From Candidatus Kaiserbacteria bacterium RIFCSPLOWO2_01_FULL_45_25 (GTDB lineage: Bacteria > Patescibacteriota > Minisyncoccia > Phycocordibacterales > UBA918): a stretch of 64,000 bases of DNA. Positions 48,706 to 63,800 of the stretch are shown here, one piece after another. The stretch is taken from NCBI GenBank assembly GCA_001781415.1, contig MFLT01000001.1:51600-115599 (forward strand), in the 5' to 3' direction. Position 1 is the first letter of the stretch. Each line of letters starts with the position of its first letter. The translations under genes and the position numbers were made by a program. The notes beneath the pieces were generated by a model. That model saw only the letters and a list, made by a program, of their open reading frames with translations, searched no databases and was not told where the DNA came from.

Positions 48706-48818
48706 TTTCACTCTTCAATCCACATAAATGATATTTATACCGCGCGTTCCGAAAGGAACGCGCGGTATAATATAATAAACCTATTTCTGTCTTGGGAAGA
48801 CAGAGGGGTTGTTATGTA

Positions 48819-51800
48819 ATGTATTTAAAGGCTTTTTTCACTAAAACTACATTGTGGTCAGTAGCGGCTTTTTGCCTACTTGTGGGTGTTTTTGTGTACG
48901 CCACAATTGACCGTACGGTCTACGTTACTGAACAGCTCGTTGTGATTCCTGATACGGTGGTGTCTGATACTTGGCTTGGGGTGGAAAACATTCTAGTTAG
49001 TGACATATCTGGAGAATCTTTGTACCAAGAATTTACACTTTCAAACGCTGCCGTGCTGGATGAGGGACTTATGAATGCAAATCCACCAGCAGAAACTTCT
49101 GCTGATAATTTGCCAACAGCTGAAGTTGGTGCACCAACAGAAGGTGAAAATAATAATGGCGCTGCTGATGACTCACCAGTAGTGGAAGGGGATGCAGAAG
49201 TAGAGCCAGCTCAAACAGATGCTGGAATTCAAACAGATGAAAATGCGACAGTACCAACTGACGGAACTACAGAGGAGGTGGCACCGGTACCGACTGTGGA
49301 CGAGGTTGAGACAGCCCCTGAACCCGAGACTGTATCTGAACCAGAGCCCGAGCCGGTTGATGAGCCAGAACCTGCGCCTGCACCTGAGCCAGCAGCTGAA
49401 CCAGAAGTTTCTGCAAACTCAAATTCTATTTATTGGGGTTTGTTACCGTTGTCTACAAATTCATATCGACTTACTCAAGAGACTATTACAGAGGAAGTTA
49501 CTCCTGCACCTGTTGCGGAAGAGGCAGAGCCTGTAGCTGAACCTGAACCAGTGGTAGATGAGCCAGCGGCTGAAGAGCCTGTTGTCGAAGAAGTTCCGAC
49601 AGAAACAGCTCCTGAACCAGTGGTTGAAGGGGAAGCGACAGTAGAGGTGGAGACAGAACCAGTAGTTGAAGAAGAACAGTTGCTAGACACTACAGAAGAG
49701 TCCTCTAATGAAGAAGGCTCTGAAACAGGGGTGGAGGGGGATGAAGTATTAACTGAAGAAGAAATCAATAATGTTGAAGAAGGTGAAACGGAAGAGGAGT
49801 TTGAAGAAGAAATAGTTACAACTATTTACGACGTTTGTGTTGGTAACGAAGAGTGTAAACTTTACAGTACAACTTTTACTGGATTCTCAGTACCAGAATT
49901 TGAGGAGGGAAAGTTTTTGGCCTCAGCGCAACTACGACTATCACTGGCTGCCAAGACCAAGTCATCTTACACAGAAGGTCCGCAGCGGTTTGTGGTTGAG
50001 TATTCATATGAAGCGACTGGAGAGTGGCGTACTGCTACCATTATTGATATTGAAGAAGAAATTGCCAACAGTATTAATGGCGACTATTTCCTCGTGTCTC
50101 TTGATAAGCCGCTTAATCAAGCTCAGTTGGCCAACCTTCAAGTACGAGTTTCATATCAAGGTGACATCAGTGATCTTGACCGAGCCTACATTGAAAGTCT
50201 CTGGCTTGAAGTAACCTCGGCTTCATTTTATGAGGAGACTGATCCTCAGTATCTATCGGGAGCTATTGATTATTCTCGAGATTTGCTTAGTCCAGAACTT
50301 CATGAGCTTAATAATCCAGACTTAGATCCGGCCATGAGTGAATTACCATCATTTACTCTAAGTTATTCTCCACAACAAAACTTCATCAAGCGTGCTCTGA
50401 CCGCCGTATTTAGTGAAAACGAATACGCGGTTGATTCGGTACGAATTATTGATGCTTTAGGTGATGTCATCACCGTGCCTGTTGATGTTGAGTATTATGA
50501 CGATAAAACTTGGACTGTGCAGTTCTTGGAGCAGCCGCAAAAGATGGTGCCTGGAAAATACACGGTGGAACTGGTCATTAACGAAAACGAAACCCTATAT
50601 ACAGACAGCTTTGAGTTTTACTGGGGAGTGTTGGCGGTCAATACCACTAAGAGTATGTACTTCCCAGGCGAAGATGTTACTTTGAACTTAGCTGCCCTAA
50701 CGGAAAAGGGAGATACTATTTGTGATGCAGCACTACTCCTCAAAGTAATTGATCCGTCTTACACAATTTCTGAAATTCCGGTGGAACAGTCTGGTGCTTG
50801 TGGTAAAAACAACGTCACTGACATCCCCGACTACCTAGCGTACTTTAACGATGCCGACGAACTCGGAGAGTACACCATTCAACTTCAACACTTAAATCGT
50901 GAAGGGGAAGTGGTACATAGTATCCAAGATCACTTTGAGGTACGAGAATACATTCCGTATGATATTGAACGAACGGCTCCAACTCGTATTTATCCACTGG
51001 CTCCATATGATGTAACTCTTAAGGTGGAAGCCAATCGAGTTTTCACTGGCGATATTGTGGAGCGGGTACCACGTGGCTTTACCTTCATTAATACCAGTGG
51101 AGCGGAGGTAGTGACATTACCAGAATACACTGAACTTATTTGGCGTAATATCTCACTGGAAGAAGGTGATGATATTGAACTCTCGTATCAATTTGACGCT
51201 CCTGATATCAGTCCTTACATGTATTTGCTTGGTCCACTCAATATGGACGGCTTTACTGAATTACGTCAGTGGCAGATTGCCTCTGACGCTCTTACTGCCA
51301 TGGGTGTTTTCACTGGTACTAGGTCAGTCGCTAGCACTAACCTCAACCAAGCAGCTAGTCCGCTGCAGTGGAGCGGTTCTGATATTGATCCATTTTATTT
51401 TGATCATTCAACTTCAACTAATTCTCACGAAGTCACTTTTAGACAAGCTGGTGATTACTATTTAGCGGTTAATGTACCGCAGGTACGAACTGACGGAAAC
51501 AGTAGTCGTACCCGTGTGGGAGTTGAAGTGCGAGTAAATGGTGTCCCAGTACCTCAAGGTTTAGGACGAAGTTCATATATTAGAAATACCAGTGGTCACG
51601 CTGAATCTTCTGCCTACGCCAACATATTGCTCACTGATATACAGGTGGATGATATTGTCGAGGTGTATGTAGAAGGTCTTACAACGGTTGATGCTGGAGA
51701 TATAGTAAACGTTTCTGGACAAGCCTCGTTATCCCTTGAGTATGTGGGAGTGGGAGCTGGTGTGTTTGCGGCTACTACTACACAGACAACAAATTCGACT

Positions 51801-54800
51801 AACCTCAACCAGATAACAGCTTATCCGCTTGAGTGGACTGAAACTCGTCAAGATACTGGTTTTGTGCACTCTGATGCCATTAACCCAGAGCAAATTATTA
51901 TTTCTGATCCGGGTATTTACCATGTGACAATTAACGTACCGCTAACAAACAACATCGCCCAGACTAACGTTCGTGGTGAAGTGCTCCTCGATGGTGTTCT
52001 TGTGCCGGGAGGAGTTTTTGCACAAGGGTATGCCCAAAACTCAGGAACTGAGAGTGATGGAGATTCTTCAATTCACTGGACTGGAGTAATTGAAACTACA
52101 GCTGTTAATCAGGTCTTATCTGTTACAGCCGAGCGAGAAGCAAGAGCCGGTACGGTTACTGTAACTTCGGGATTTTTTGGTTCAATTTTTGTGCGTGAAT
52201 TGCCAGTTGATGATGTACTTGTTCTTCGAGGTACAAACTTGGTTGGTGGTACTAACTGGAACCCGGCCGCTGCGGCTGCGGTTCAGTGGGTCACTGAGGA
52301 TTTTATGGATGCAACTGTATTTACTCATTCAACTACTTCAAACAGTCATCAAATTACAGTTAATGAAGACGGGGATTATTATTTATCATACAACGATGTT
52401 CTTAATGGAGCAGTATTTCGTAGCAATTCACGTGTCGAAGTTCTTAAGAATGGTACACCAATATCAGGAGCGCAAACAAAATCACATTACATTAGAAATC
52501 AAAACGGCCATACTGAATCTTCAGGTGCTTTAGCTATTGTACTTCAAGGTCTTCTAAATGGTGATGTTATAACTGTTACAACACAACAAGAAGCGGCCGC
52601 TGGTACGGTAAATGATACTAGTGATGCGATTATTATGATGTGGAAGAAAGCCACTCTCGATCTTCGTCCAGATGCTCCAGTCACTACTACTCCGTTTGAT
52701 AACATTCGTTTCGCTTCATCGACTCCGCACTTTGATTTTTCTGCTACTGACCCAGACGGTACTTCAGATATTGAATATGAATTTTCAATTGCTACCAGTA
52801 CTGGCTTTACTGCTTCAACCACCTTTAATTCAGTTACTGATAGTGAGTTCTTTAATACCTCTTCGTCCACAGATACTTCACCATTTACCGAAGGGAATAC
52901 CATCCGACTTCAACTTACTTCTGGAGATGTTTTGTCAGACCAGACAACTTACTATTGGCGCGTCCGAGCCAAGGACACCACTGGCTCGGGCGAATTCAGT
53001 GATTGGTCTACTACCAAGAGCTTGACGGTTGATATGGCGGCCCCGGCTGATAGTTGGTTCCAGTCCTATAGTGGTCAATTCGAGGGAGATTCTTTGGTCG
53101 GTGCGTCAAGTAATAATGACCAAGTGCAGGTTGATGCTAGTGTCAGTTCAGAAGTTTTGATTGCTTATGGAGAGGGGACAAATACTACTCCTAGATATCG
53201 CTTCTGGAATGGTTCTTCTTGGGGTCTTGAGGGCGGAGCACAGACAGTATCTGGAACAATTAACTGGGTACGCACTGCCGCATCTGTAACTCGTGATGAG
53301 TATGCGCTCATTACGCTTGATTCTGCCAGTGACTCATTTGTGCAAATTTACAGCGCCTCAACTTCAGCTTGGGGTAACCAAGTGTTGATGTCACCGGCAG
53401 TGACTGGTCCACAGTATCGTGGAATAGCGGTTGGCTATGAAAGCACATCAGGCGATTTGATGGCCATATCATGTACTAATAGTCCAAATCCAGTTTATCG
53501 TATTTGGAACGGCACTACTTGGTCTGCTACTAGTACCATTACAGTTAGCTCACTTAATAACTGTAACTTCCTTGAGCTGGCTTCAGATCCAGCTTCAGAT
53601 GAAATGATTTTGGTAGTTCGTGATACTGGAACTCAGTATGAAGCCTTGGTGTGGGATGGTTCAGCTTGGGTTGAGAGTCGAGTAATCGGTTCATCAGCAA
53701 AAGTAGCGCGTGAAGGTATGTCGGTAGCTTATGAAGCGTCTGGAGACCAGGCTGTTGTTATTGTTAGTAATGGAACGGCAAATAGTTTTGCCTATACTAC
53801 CTGGAACGGGGTTGAGTTTAGTACAAATGATACTCAAACTCTCGGTAATGACTTTGAGTTTGGACGTTTGGCGGCTGATACCGACTCTGACAATTTAGCT
53901 CTTTGTTATATTGATGAAGATAATGACGTTGGAGCCATTCGTTGGAATGGTGGAGTGTGGTCAGCTACTACTGAGCTTGATACTGGCGGTAATATCGATA
54001 CTGGTCGTCCAGTGGATTGTGAATTTGAAACTACGGCCGGACGCAGTGAGTACTTAATGGCCGCTTACAGTGACACTGTTAATGTGCGCCATCGCTCCGG
54101 TACTTCGACTGTGTATTCGACTGAGGCAACAATCGGCACAATGGAAGACTCTTTCTGGGTGCAAACTGAACGAGCTGGTGACGGTATAGTTCTAGCGGTT
54201 GCTCTTGATGATACGGTAGACAACCTAAATTCTTCATACTGGAATGGTACGTCATGGGCAGCTCAAGATACACTTGAAACCAGTCCATCATCAGTTATTG
54301 CTTCTCCGTACGAAATGTATGACATGTCTGCTAAGCGTTTCCAGTTTGCAGAAGGAGTAGTACAAACCCCGCCTATTAACTTTACTGATGTTCCAAACCA
54401 ACCAACTTGGGGAGATATAAACTTTAGTACTACTGAACCGTTTGGTACGGATGTTTTGGTCCGTGTTAAATATTCAAATGTTGGCACTTGTGATGCTTAT
54501 GTTCCGGATTTGGCGTTGCCAGGCAACAGTACTGGCTTTGACGCTGCTAACTCACCAATTGACTTGGTTTCAGTTTCCACAACTACCTATGATCAAATCT
54601 GTCTTGAGGCCACTCTTACCACCCTTGGTGATTCATCTGCTTCGCTCGATGAGTGGACCTTGGCGTGGGTGCGACAGCCAAAACTAATTCAGAATCGCTA
54701 TCGCTGGTATGTAAATGGAAGTTTCTTAACACCAACTGACCCGTGGCCAGCCGGGGTGGATGATACAGCAGAAAATACCTCAATCAATTCTTCAATTGCC

Positions 54801-57800
54801 ATTAATAACAGTGAAGCTATTCGTCTGCGAATGTCACTCCAGGGCAGTAATGTTGAACTCCCTGCTTTTGCAGAAGCGTTTAAGTTGCAGTACGCAGAAG
54901 GCTTTACTTGTAGCAATGCCTTAACTTGGCATGATGTTGGCGACACAGCTTCAACTACTGCGCTTTGGCGTGGGTTTGAAAACTCAATTGTAGGCGATGA
55001 TTGGTATAGTGCTAGCTGGGGCAAGCGAGTCAAGGTTATTATTGATAGTGCGCTCGTGTCTGACAGTCAAACTAATTTCCCGGTCTATCTAAACCTAGCT
55101 GATTTCCCAGCAGCATTTTTTGATAACGTACAAGCCGATGGAGATGATATTCGTATCACTCGAGCTGATGGTGTGACTGAAGTACCGTTTGAACTTGTGA
55201 CCATTGATACTTCAGCTGATACTGGAGAACTACACTTCAAAGCTGATGTGTCATCTACTACTGACACCTCTTTCTTTGTCTACTATGGTAACGGTAGTGC
55301 TTCTGGTTATTCTAATACTGCTACCTATGGTCGTAATAATGTATGGACCAATGGGTTCTTGGCTGTGTACCATTTGGATCAAAGTCCGACAGCTAGTGCT
55401 CCACAGTTTATCGATAGTACAGGCAATAATACTGGTACAGCCGTGAACCTAGAAGCCGGAGATAGGCTTACTGGAGTGGTTGGCCGAGCCATTGATGTGG
55501 ATGGAGCGGATGAGTACATTGATACCAACATAAATCAGAATGTCCTACGTTCAACTTGGTCTCTTTGGATTAATCCAGACGGAGCGCAAGGAGCTTACGA
55601 CGGTGTCATGATGTCACGAGGAACTCTCACTCACGGTATTAACATAAACAGTGGAGCTAATAGATTAGGCTACCACTGGCGAGACGCTTCAAATACCTGG
55701 AGCTGGAATGGAGGGCCAATTTATCCAACCAATCAGTGGTTTATGGCTTCTTTGGTGATAGAACCATCTCTGGCTACGCTATACGCACATACTGGTGGAG
55801 GAGTAACTAGTGCTACCAACGCTGTTACCCATGCTACAGCTACAGTTGATGCACTTGATATTGGACGCGACCCACTCGGCGGACGTTCATTTAACGGTAT
55901 AGTAGACGAGGCTACTTTGTCTAGTGTCGCACGCAGTGCTTCTTGGTTATCGACAACATATAACAACAAATCAAATCCAACCGGCTTTTATAGTGTGTCG
56001 AGTGAGGAGCTCATTAGTGACGGTCGCTTGTTGCCGTCAGTGGTTTTGTCTGAATCAGATGTTTCTGAAACCTACGAAGAAGAAAATCCAACTCGTGATA
56101 ATCAAAATACACTTCCAGTAGGGGATGATGCTGAGTGGGACTTTGTCCTAGAGAACAACGGTGCTACCCCAGCCACCAATTACTGTTTCCGGTTGGTGTA
56201 TGAAGACGGTGCTCTTTTGAATACCTATCAAAACTATCCACGATTAATTACTAACGCTCCGCCACTGGTGCCGACACTAATTGCTCCATTTGATAATGAA
56301 CGATTGGCTTCCACTACACCATCGTTTGAGTTTTCAGCGGACGATGAACTTGAAGATGAGGTAGCGTACGAAATTCAAGTATCAACTGACTATGCTTTTG
56401 GTAGCACGGTAATTAACAACAATTCGGTTGCTAGCTTCGCTTTGTTTACAAACTTGATTCAACCTTCTGAAAAGGGTCAGTTTACTAGTGCTGATACTAT
56501 TCAATTTATTTCACCAACTGCTTTATCGAGCGGTACTACTTATTGGTGGCGAGTGCGAGCTCAGGATCCAGATGGTTCAGGTTCTTATAGTGAGTGGTCT
56601 ACTCCAGAAAGCTTTACTGTGACAACTGGAACAACAATTACTACTTGGTACCAAACCACAGGCGAGCAGTTTGCTACTAACAACTTGCTTGATGCAATAG
56701 CAAACTCAGGTGATACCGGTATTGATTCTGGCTTTACGGCGGCAACTACCACCAGTACGGTCATTGATTATGACGATCGTGACACTGGAAACGCTTGGGG
56801 AGATTTTAGTTTTACTCATAATGTCACCTCAGGTTCTATTCGGTATCGTGTTGAATATAGAGTCTCTGGTGAGACGTTTGAACTGGTGCCGGATGTAGAC
56901 CTGGCTGGTAATAGTACTGGCTTCACTACTTCACCGGTTTCTTTGGCTGCACTTAATACCACTACTTATAACGAGCTCCGATTAGTGGCGGTATTGTCTG
57001 GTAACGCAACGTTACCAAGACTGCAGGACTGGACAGTGACTTGGAGTGAGACGATTGAATCACCAACTCATGTTGATCCATTTGATAATGCTAAAGTCTC
57101 TACTACCACTCCGGCCCTTAAATTCTTTACCTCTGATCCAGAAAATGAAGATTTACAGTACGAAGTGCAACTATCAAGTACTTATGACTTTGCCTCACCG
57201 TCAACCTTTACTTCTGGAGTTGAAGCTGGATTTAGTAACACTGAAGATGCGCTCGACACCTCTCCATTTACTACTGATGAGCAAATTCAGTATTTGGTGC
57301 AAACACCACTCACAAACGGTAATACTTACTGGTGGCGTACCCGAGCTCGTGACCCACTAGGCGCCAACAGTTGGTCAGACTATTCAACTCCAGAAAGCTT
57401 TACGGTTGATACATCAATTACTACTTCAGTCTGGTATCAAACAACCGGTGAACAATTTGAGACAGATGAGCTGGTAGATATTGAAACTACAGCTGGGGCT
57501 GCCCAAATTACTTCCACTATTACTGAGGTGATATCTGTCTATGGTGAAGGTACTGGTCAGTCGCCGCAGTATCGTTTATGGAATGGTACTAGTTGGAGCG
57601 CCCCATTTTCAGCGCAATCAGTTGGAGCACAGATTCGTTGGCTCGAACTTAAGGCTTCACCAGCTCGGCCAGAGTATGCGCTCGGAACTTTGGGTACTGA
57701 CCTAGATGTAAATTTCCAAATTTACAACTCAGAGACAGATACCTGGGGTGATGTGGAAGAGCTGCAAACTAATAGTGTCGCAACCGATAAGCGTACCTTT

Positions 57801-60800
57801 AATTTGACCTACGAGAGTCAGTCAGGAGATCTATTGGCTGTCGCCTGCAATGGAACTGAGGCGGTATATAGTGTTTGGAACGGTACTAGTTGGTCTGCAA
57901 CCAGTACTCTTTCACTAACTAACGCTAATAACTGCGAATTTGTGCAAATGGCATCAGACCCAACCTCTGACGAAATTATAGTTGTCTTTAGGCATGCTGT
58001 TACTAGTGCTAATGACTTTGAAGCCTTTGTTTGGAATGGTAGTTCATTTGGTAACGCTACTCAATTTGGTGAGTTGGTGCAGTCTGCTCATGAGGGTATG
58101 GCAGTGGCTTATGAAGAGTCGGGTGGACAAGCGATTGTGGCAGTTTCAAACGATGCCAATACTACACTGCTCTACAATATCTGGAACGGCACTAGTTGGT
58201 CTGGTACAGCTACCCATGCTCTAGGTGATCACTTTGAGTGGGCAACTCTGAAAGCTGATGTTGGTACTGATAGATTGGCTTTCTGTTACCTAGATAACGA
58301 TACTGATGTGGGAGTACTAATTTGGGATGGTTCCGCTTGGAATACTGTCACTGAACTAGATATTGACGGCAATGACATTCGTGGCCGGGCTATTGATTGT
58401 GAGTGGCAGGTCGGCACTAATGATGGGGAATTGGTCGTTGCGTATTCAGATACAATCGGTACTCGCTATCAGACCTACAACGGTACAACTTTTTCTGGTG
58501 AATTTAGCTTATCAATTATAAATGACACCTTCGAGATTAATACGGTACGAGCTGGAGACGGACTTATCCATCTCTCTGCCTACGATGATGCCCTAACTCC
58601 AGACCGCATCGATCATAGTCGCTGGGATGGAGCTGCTTGGTCAACCCGCGAGCGGTTCTCAGACAACGCGTCTCTAAATAATGTACTTCCGTACGTCGGT
58701 GGCGTTAGTATGGCGCCGCAGATTTATCCAAACTTTGTGAGTGGTTCAATTCGCTCTACCCCAATTGCTTTTGCAGATGGTACTGGTCCGCGTTGGGACA
58801 CAGTTTCTTGGAGCGACACTACCCCTGGCGCTAGTGAGATTTTGTATCGTTTGTACTATGAAAGTGCACCAGGAGTGTATAGTCTAATTCCTGATATTGA
58901 TTTACCTGGTAACAGTGCTGGTTTTGTAACTTCACCACTAGATATTTCTGATGTAAGTCGCACTACCTACAGTGTGCTACAGCTTGATGCACAGTTTGCT
59001 TGTGTGACAGGCGATTGTCCAACTCTTCAGGATTGGTCTGTGGCGTGGTCTGAAGGAATTACCATGTCTGGAACAGCTAAAGAATTTGATGGTATTGCTT
59101 CCACTACTAGTGGCACAGTTGGTGTAGCGGTAAATGGCGTGATTCAATCTGGTAAGACTGGTGCCATTCAAGCCAATGGTACTTGGTCAATTGCTAATGT
59201 GACGGCCTTCCCTGGCGATACCTTGGTGGCCTTTGTCGACGGTGCCGCCGACGCTGATGAGGCTGTTGGTATCGCTACCTATGATGGAGTTGGAAACGTG
59301 ACTGGGGTGGAACTTACTAAGCGTCACGTGACGATTGGTTACAGTAGTGTGTCTACTACCACTATTGCCGGCTTTGCTGGTTACGATAACGCCGACGACG
59401 AAGATATCTTCTTTACAGTTGGAGCTGGTAATGCTTTTGCCTTATGTGCTGAAGTGGCTTGTGCTGATGGACAGCTAAAAATTAAAACTGGAACTACTTT
59501 TATACCTGGAGCCACTTTAACTACTCACGACTTCTTGAACCAAGGTTCTTTTGAGCCGGCCACAAACACTGTGCGGGTCAGTGGCGGTTGGGATAATCAA
59601 GGAACATTCGTCTCTGATACTTCAACTGTTATTTTCTCAGCTACATCAACAGCGGAATCTATCACCACTTCAAGTAGTACCCTTGGCTTCTATAATGTCA
59701 CCTTTGGTGAGGGAAGTGGCACTGCAACTTGGACTGTGGCTAAGCCACTCTCGACCACCAATAACTTGGCAGTCACTTTTGGTACGCTAGCGCGTGGTAC
59801 GTCAACTATTGCCATTGGTGGCAATCTACAAGTTGGTGCCACTGCTTACTTTACTGGACTGGCTACTACCACCTTTAATGGTAGTGGTAGTCATACTTGG
59901 TCTGATGCTAAGTCAGCAACCACAAGTAGCAACGTTGGGTACGTAGTAATTGATGGTACTACTAAGACAATCACACTGGCTGGTAACGTGGGTGCGCAGT
60001 CAATCACAATCGGTGCTGATGATACGCTTAATGCGTCGGGTTCTGGCTTTAATATCAATGTGGTTAGTTCTTGGATAAATAATAACGCTTTTATTCCACA
60101 AAGTGGCACCGTTACTTTTGTGGGTACCACAACTGGCGTAATTGCTCGCGGTACTTCGTCCTTCAATAACCTTGCCTTTACTGGAGTGGGTGGTAACTGG
60201 TCATTCTCAACATCAACCTTGGCTCTTAATGGTAACCTAACTATTGCTACTGGTACTGTGACCTTCCCAACTGGAACTACCACTATTGCTGGTTCATTTA
60301 GCAACACTGGCGGTACCTTCTTGCACAATAATGGTGAAGTTCGAATGACTAGCACCGCTGGTGGTCGGACCATTACCCAAAGCGGTACGCCATTCCTAAA
60401 TGCTTTCTATGATTTGGTATTTACTGGCAGTGGAGCGTGGAGTTATTCTGAGGCATCTGCTACTACTACCCGTAACTTCCGTATTCAATCTGGAACAGTA
60501 ACGCTTCCAAGCAGTACCTTAACTGTGGGTGGTGATTATTCAGTAACTGGTACTGGTGCCTTTATTCATAACAATGGTGAGGTAATTCTGATTGTACAAA
60601 ATACTAATTTTGTTCGAGGTAATGGCTCAAACTTCAACAACTTGCGCACTACCGGCTCAGGCTCAGAGGGTTGGTATGATGACTCATTTAGCTACCGGAT
60701 TCCTATAACAGTTATGGCTTCGTCAGCAGCTGCGACATTGACTGATTATCCAATGTATATAGATTTATCGACTTTAGGAAATCAATTTTTCCAAAATGTT

Positions 60801-63800
60801 GGTGCGGCCGGAAAAGATATTCGCGTCACCAGTGCTGATGGTGTGACTGAACTTCCTGTGGAAGTAATAAATGTGAGTACGAGTACCCAAACCGGAGAAT
60901 TATATTTCAAAGCTCCTACCTTATCATCAATAACCGACTCAACCTTCTATATTTATTATGGAAACCAAAGTGCGATAGCGTATGCGGAGAATGCTACCTA
61001 CGGTGCACAAAACGTGTGGAGTAATGGCTATGCTGCGGTCTACCACTTAAACGGACTGCTAGATAGTACTGCAAATAATCGGGATTTGGTGGCAGTAGGG
61101 ACACCAACTTTGTTTGGTAATTCAGCCTATGAATTAGATGGAAACACGGATTTCTTGCGAATGCCAAATAATTTCGGATTGTTTTCTGGAGCAGTTGATT
61201 TTACGACCGAAATTAGTTTTGATGCTGATGCGGTCGCACCATCTACTGATTATTCAACAAGTCCGGTACTCATGATGTTTGGTGATGAAAACAATGCAAT
61301 GCTTACCTTTGGTGACGGGTTGCCTGGAAATACACTTGGCTTCAGGTACCAAGGCTGGGTTACGCCGGTAAGTATTCCAAACATTCAAATTGATACTCCG
61401 TATCAGGTAGGGTTGACGTATGATCAAGGTGGAAGCGGACTAGCTATGTACTTGAATGGAACATCTGTGTCTACCGCCGCTGGTAATATCACTGTTGCTG
61501 CAGGTACATTTGACAGTATTATCGGAGGAACCAATACAGCTGATGCGAACCGCGCCTTTGATGGAGTTGTCAGTAATGTACGAATTTCTTCAGTTGCTCG
61601 TTCTGCAGCTTGGCTACGACTATCAAATATAAATATAGTTAGTCCTACCAGTGTGTACGCAACCAGCAGTCAACAAGGAATAACACTGAGGACATTTGCA
61701 GATACGAACGTAACGGTGTTAGGTAATTTGGTTCATGATCTCGGTGGTGATGTAGTGTATCCAACTGGAGTTCTTAGTGTCCAGGGGTCATTTGATAACA
61801 ATGCTACCTTTGCAGCTAATAATGGTACCGTAAGATTCAATTCAACATCTGGTGCTGAAACAATTGATGCTGGTGATTCTTCATTTGCCACCCTTACCTT
61901 TGATAGCGCAACGGGTGACTTTACGGTAACTGAAAATGCTACTGCGACGGTAGCAATTAATCTCACTAGTGCAGAGCAGTTTACTCTAGCTAGTGGACGA
62001 ACTTTGACTTCACAAGGAACATTTACTCATGCGGCAGACGGTGCCAATACCACCTGGACTGGTTCAACCCTTCGTCTGTTAAGCGGTACAACCGTAACTT
62101 TGAATGCCAAAACTCACGCTGGAGATGTGTATGGCACATTGGAGTCAGCCAGTAGCACCTTGGCAAAAATGTGGAATTCAAGTGCTACCACTTACATCAC
62201 AAGTGGAGCCACTGGAGCAATTTACTCACAAGACCACGCCGGGGTGGACGGTGATTTGAATATTTATGGTAACTACACTCGTAGCAGTGGCACAGAGTAT
62301 TGGAGTTATGCCACCGACTTCGATGGTACTTCATTAACTGGCACAGAGCGACAAGTTGATGTACGGGTGGCTTCAAGTTCTGTATTGAACATCCAAGCCT
62401 CAACACTGTCAGTGGTGGGAGGATCTAGTGCCACCACGACAGTAGATGCAGTGGCTGGTGCTTTTGCGATTACTGCCACAAGTTCAACTTTTAATAGTTC
62501 TTACGCTTCATTTGCTGGTACTGGTGTAAGTGGACTGTCTCTAACCGGCTCAACTACCATCGGCACCTTTGCCAGTACGGACTTTAATGTTGTGCCTGGT
62601 CGTTCTGGTATCACTATTGATGCTTCAACTATTAATACCAATCCAGCTGACCAATTCTTTAATGTTAACTTTGCTACTACTTCAGCTGGACTTGGAACAA
62701 ACGTCACTCTCACTGGTTCACCAGCTTCATACGTATGGTTTAGAAACGGAATCGGTAATCTATATGGAGAAGCGTATGATGCTGGTGACGGTAACCCAGG
62801 CTCAATTCGCTTTGATGATTCATCATACTTAATCACGGTGTCAGGAGTGGTCTATAGTGATGCTGGAACCTCTGTAATGGGAGCACCAACTTGTGATGGT
62901 GTAACACCAAACGTTCGAATTGTGATTGATGGTGGTACTTACACTGACGCGGTGTCATGTAATGCCAGTACCGGTGCATATACATTTAACAACGTTGCCT
63001 ACATCGGTGACCCATCAGTCGTTGTGTATCTAAATACCAATGGTGGCGCTCGCGGTGCGGTGGTGTCAAAGACTCCAACGGCTAATATCACTAACTTTGA
63101 TATTTACGCTAATAGAGTCATTGTTCGTCACGAAGACATATTGTCAATCACCATCGCTGACATGATTGATTATGATGGTAGTGACGACACTGATATCCCA
63201 TTTGTGGCTGCTGTTGGCAGTCCAGATACGTTGACCCTAAACGACAATACTGAACTATATGTATTTACTGGTAAGACCTTCACTCCAACTGGTAACCTAA
63301 CTCTGCTTGGAAATGGCAATGCCAATAGTTATGAAGGAACTTTGCAAATTGGTGCCAGTGCTTCATTTGTAGCAACTAGTACAGAGACTCATACTCTGGC
63401 CGGAAGGTTGGTGCTAGCTAGTACTACTTCATCATTTACAGCGGCGTCCTCTACCTTTGTCTTTAACGCCACTACTACTGGTAAGAGTATTACTGGTACC
63501 AACCCAATCACCTTCAATGAAATTCAATTTACTGGCGTGGGTGGTGGTTGGAACATTACTGCACCACTCATCGTGCAGGCTGATATGCAGGTAAATGCCG
63601 GTACTGTAACTGGTACAAGTGATGTCACTCTACAAAATGGTTCACTTTACGGAAACGGTACACTTTCATTTGGGTCTGGTACTACCACTATTGCCCGCAC
63701 TAACACCTTTGGTGGTACAACCGCTTGGACACTAAATAATCTAGTTCTTGGAAATGGAACAGTAGTTGGTACCACCACACCAGCCACCACTGCTACTACA

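Noticed and set aside
49069-62836. Many short ORFs listed in the track across this region
   Set aside because: Off-frame or antisense shadows of the single giant plus-strand ORF.
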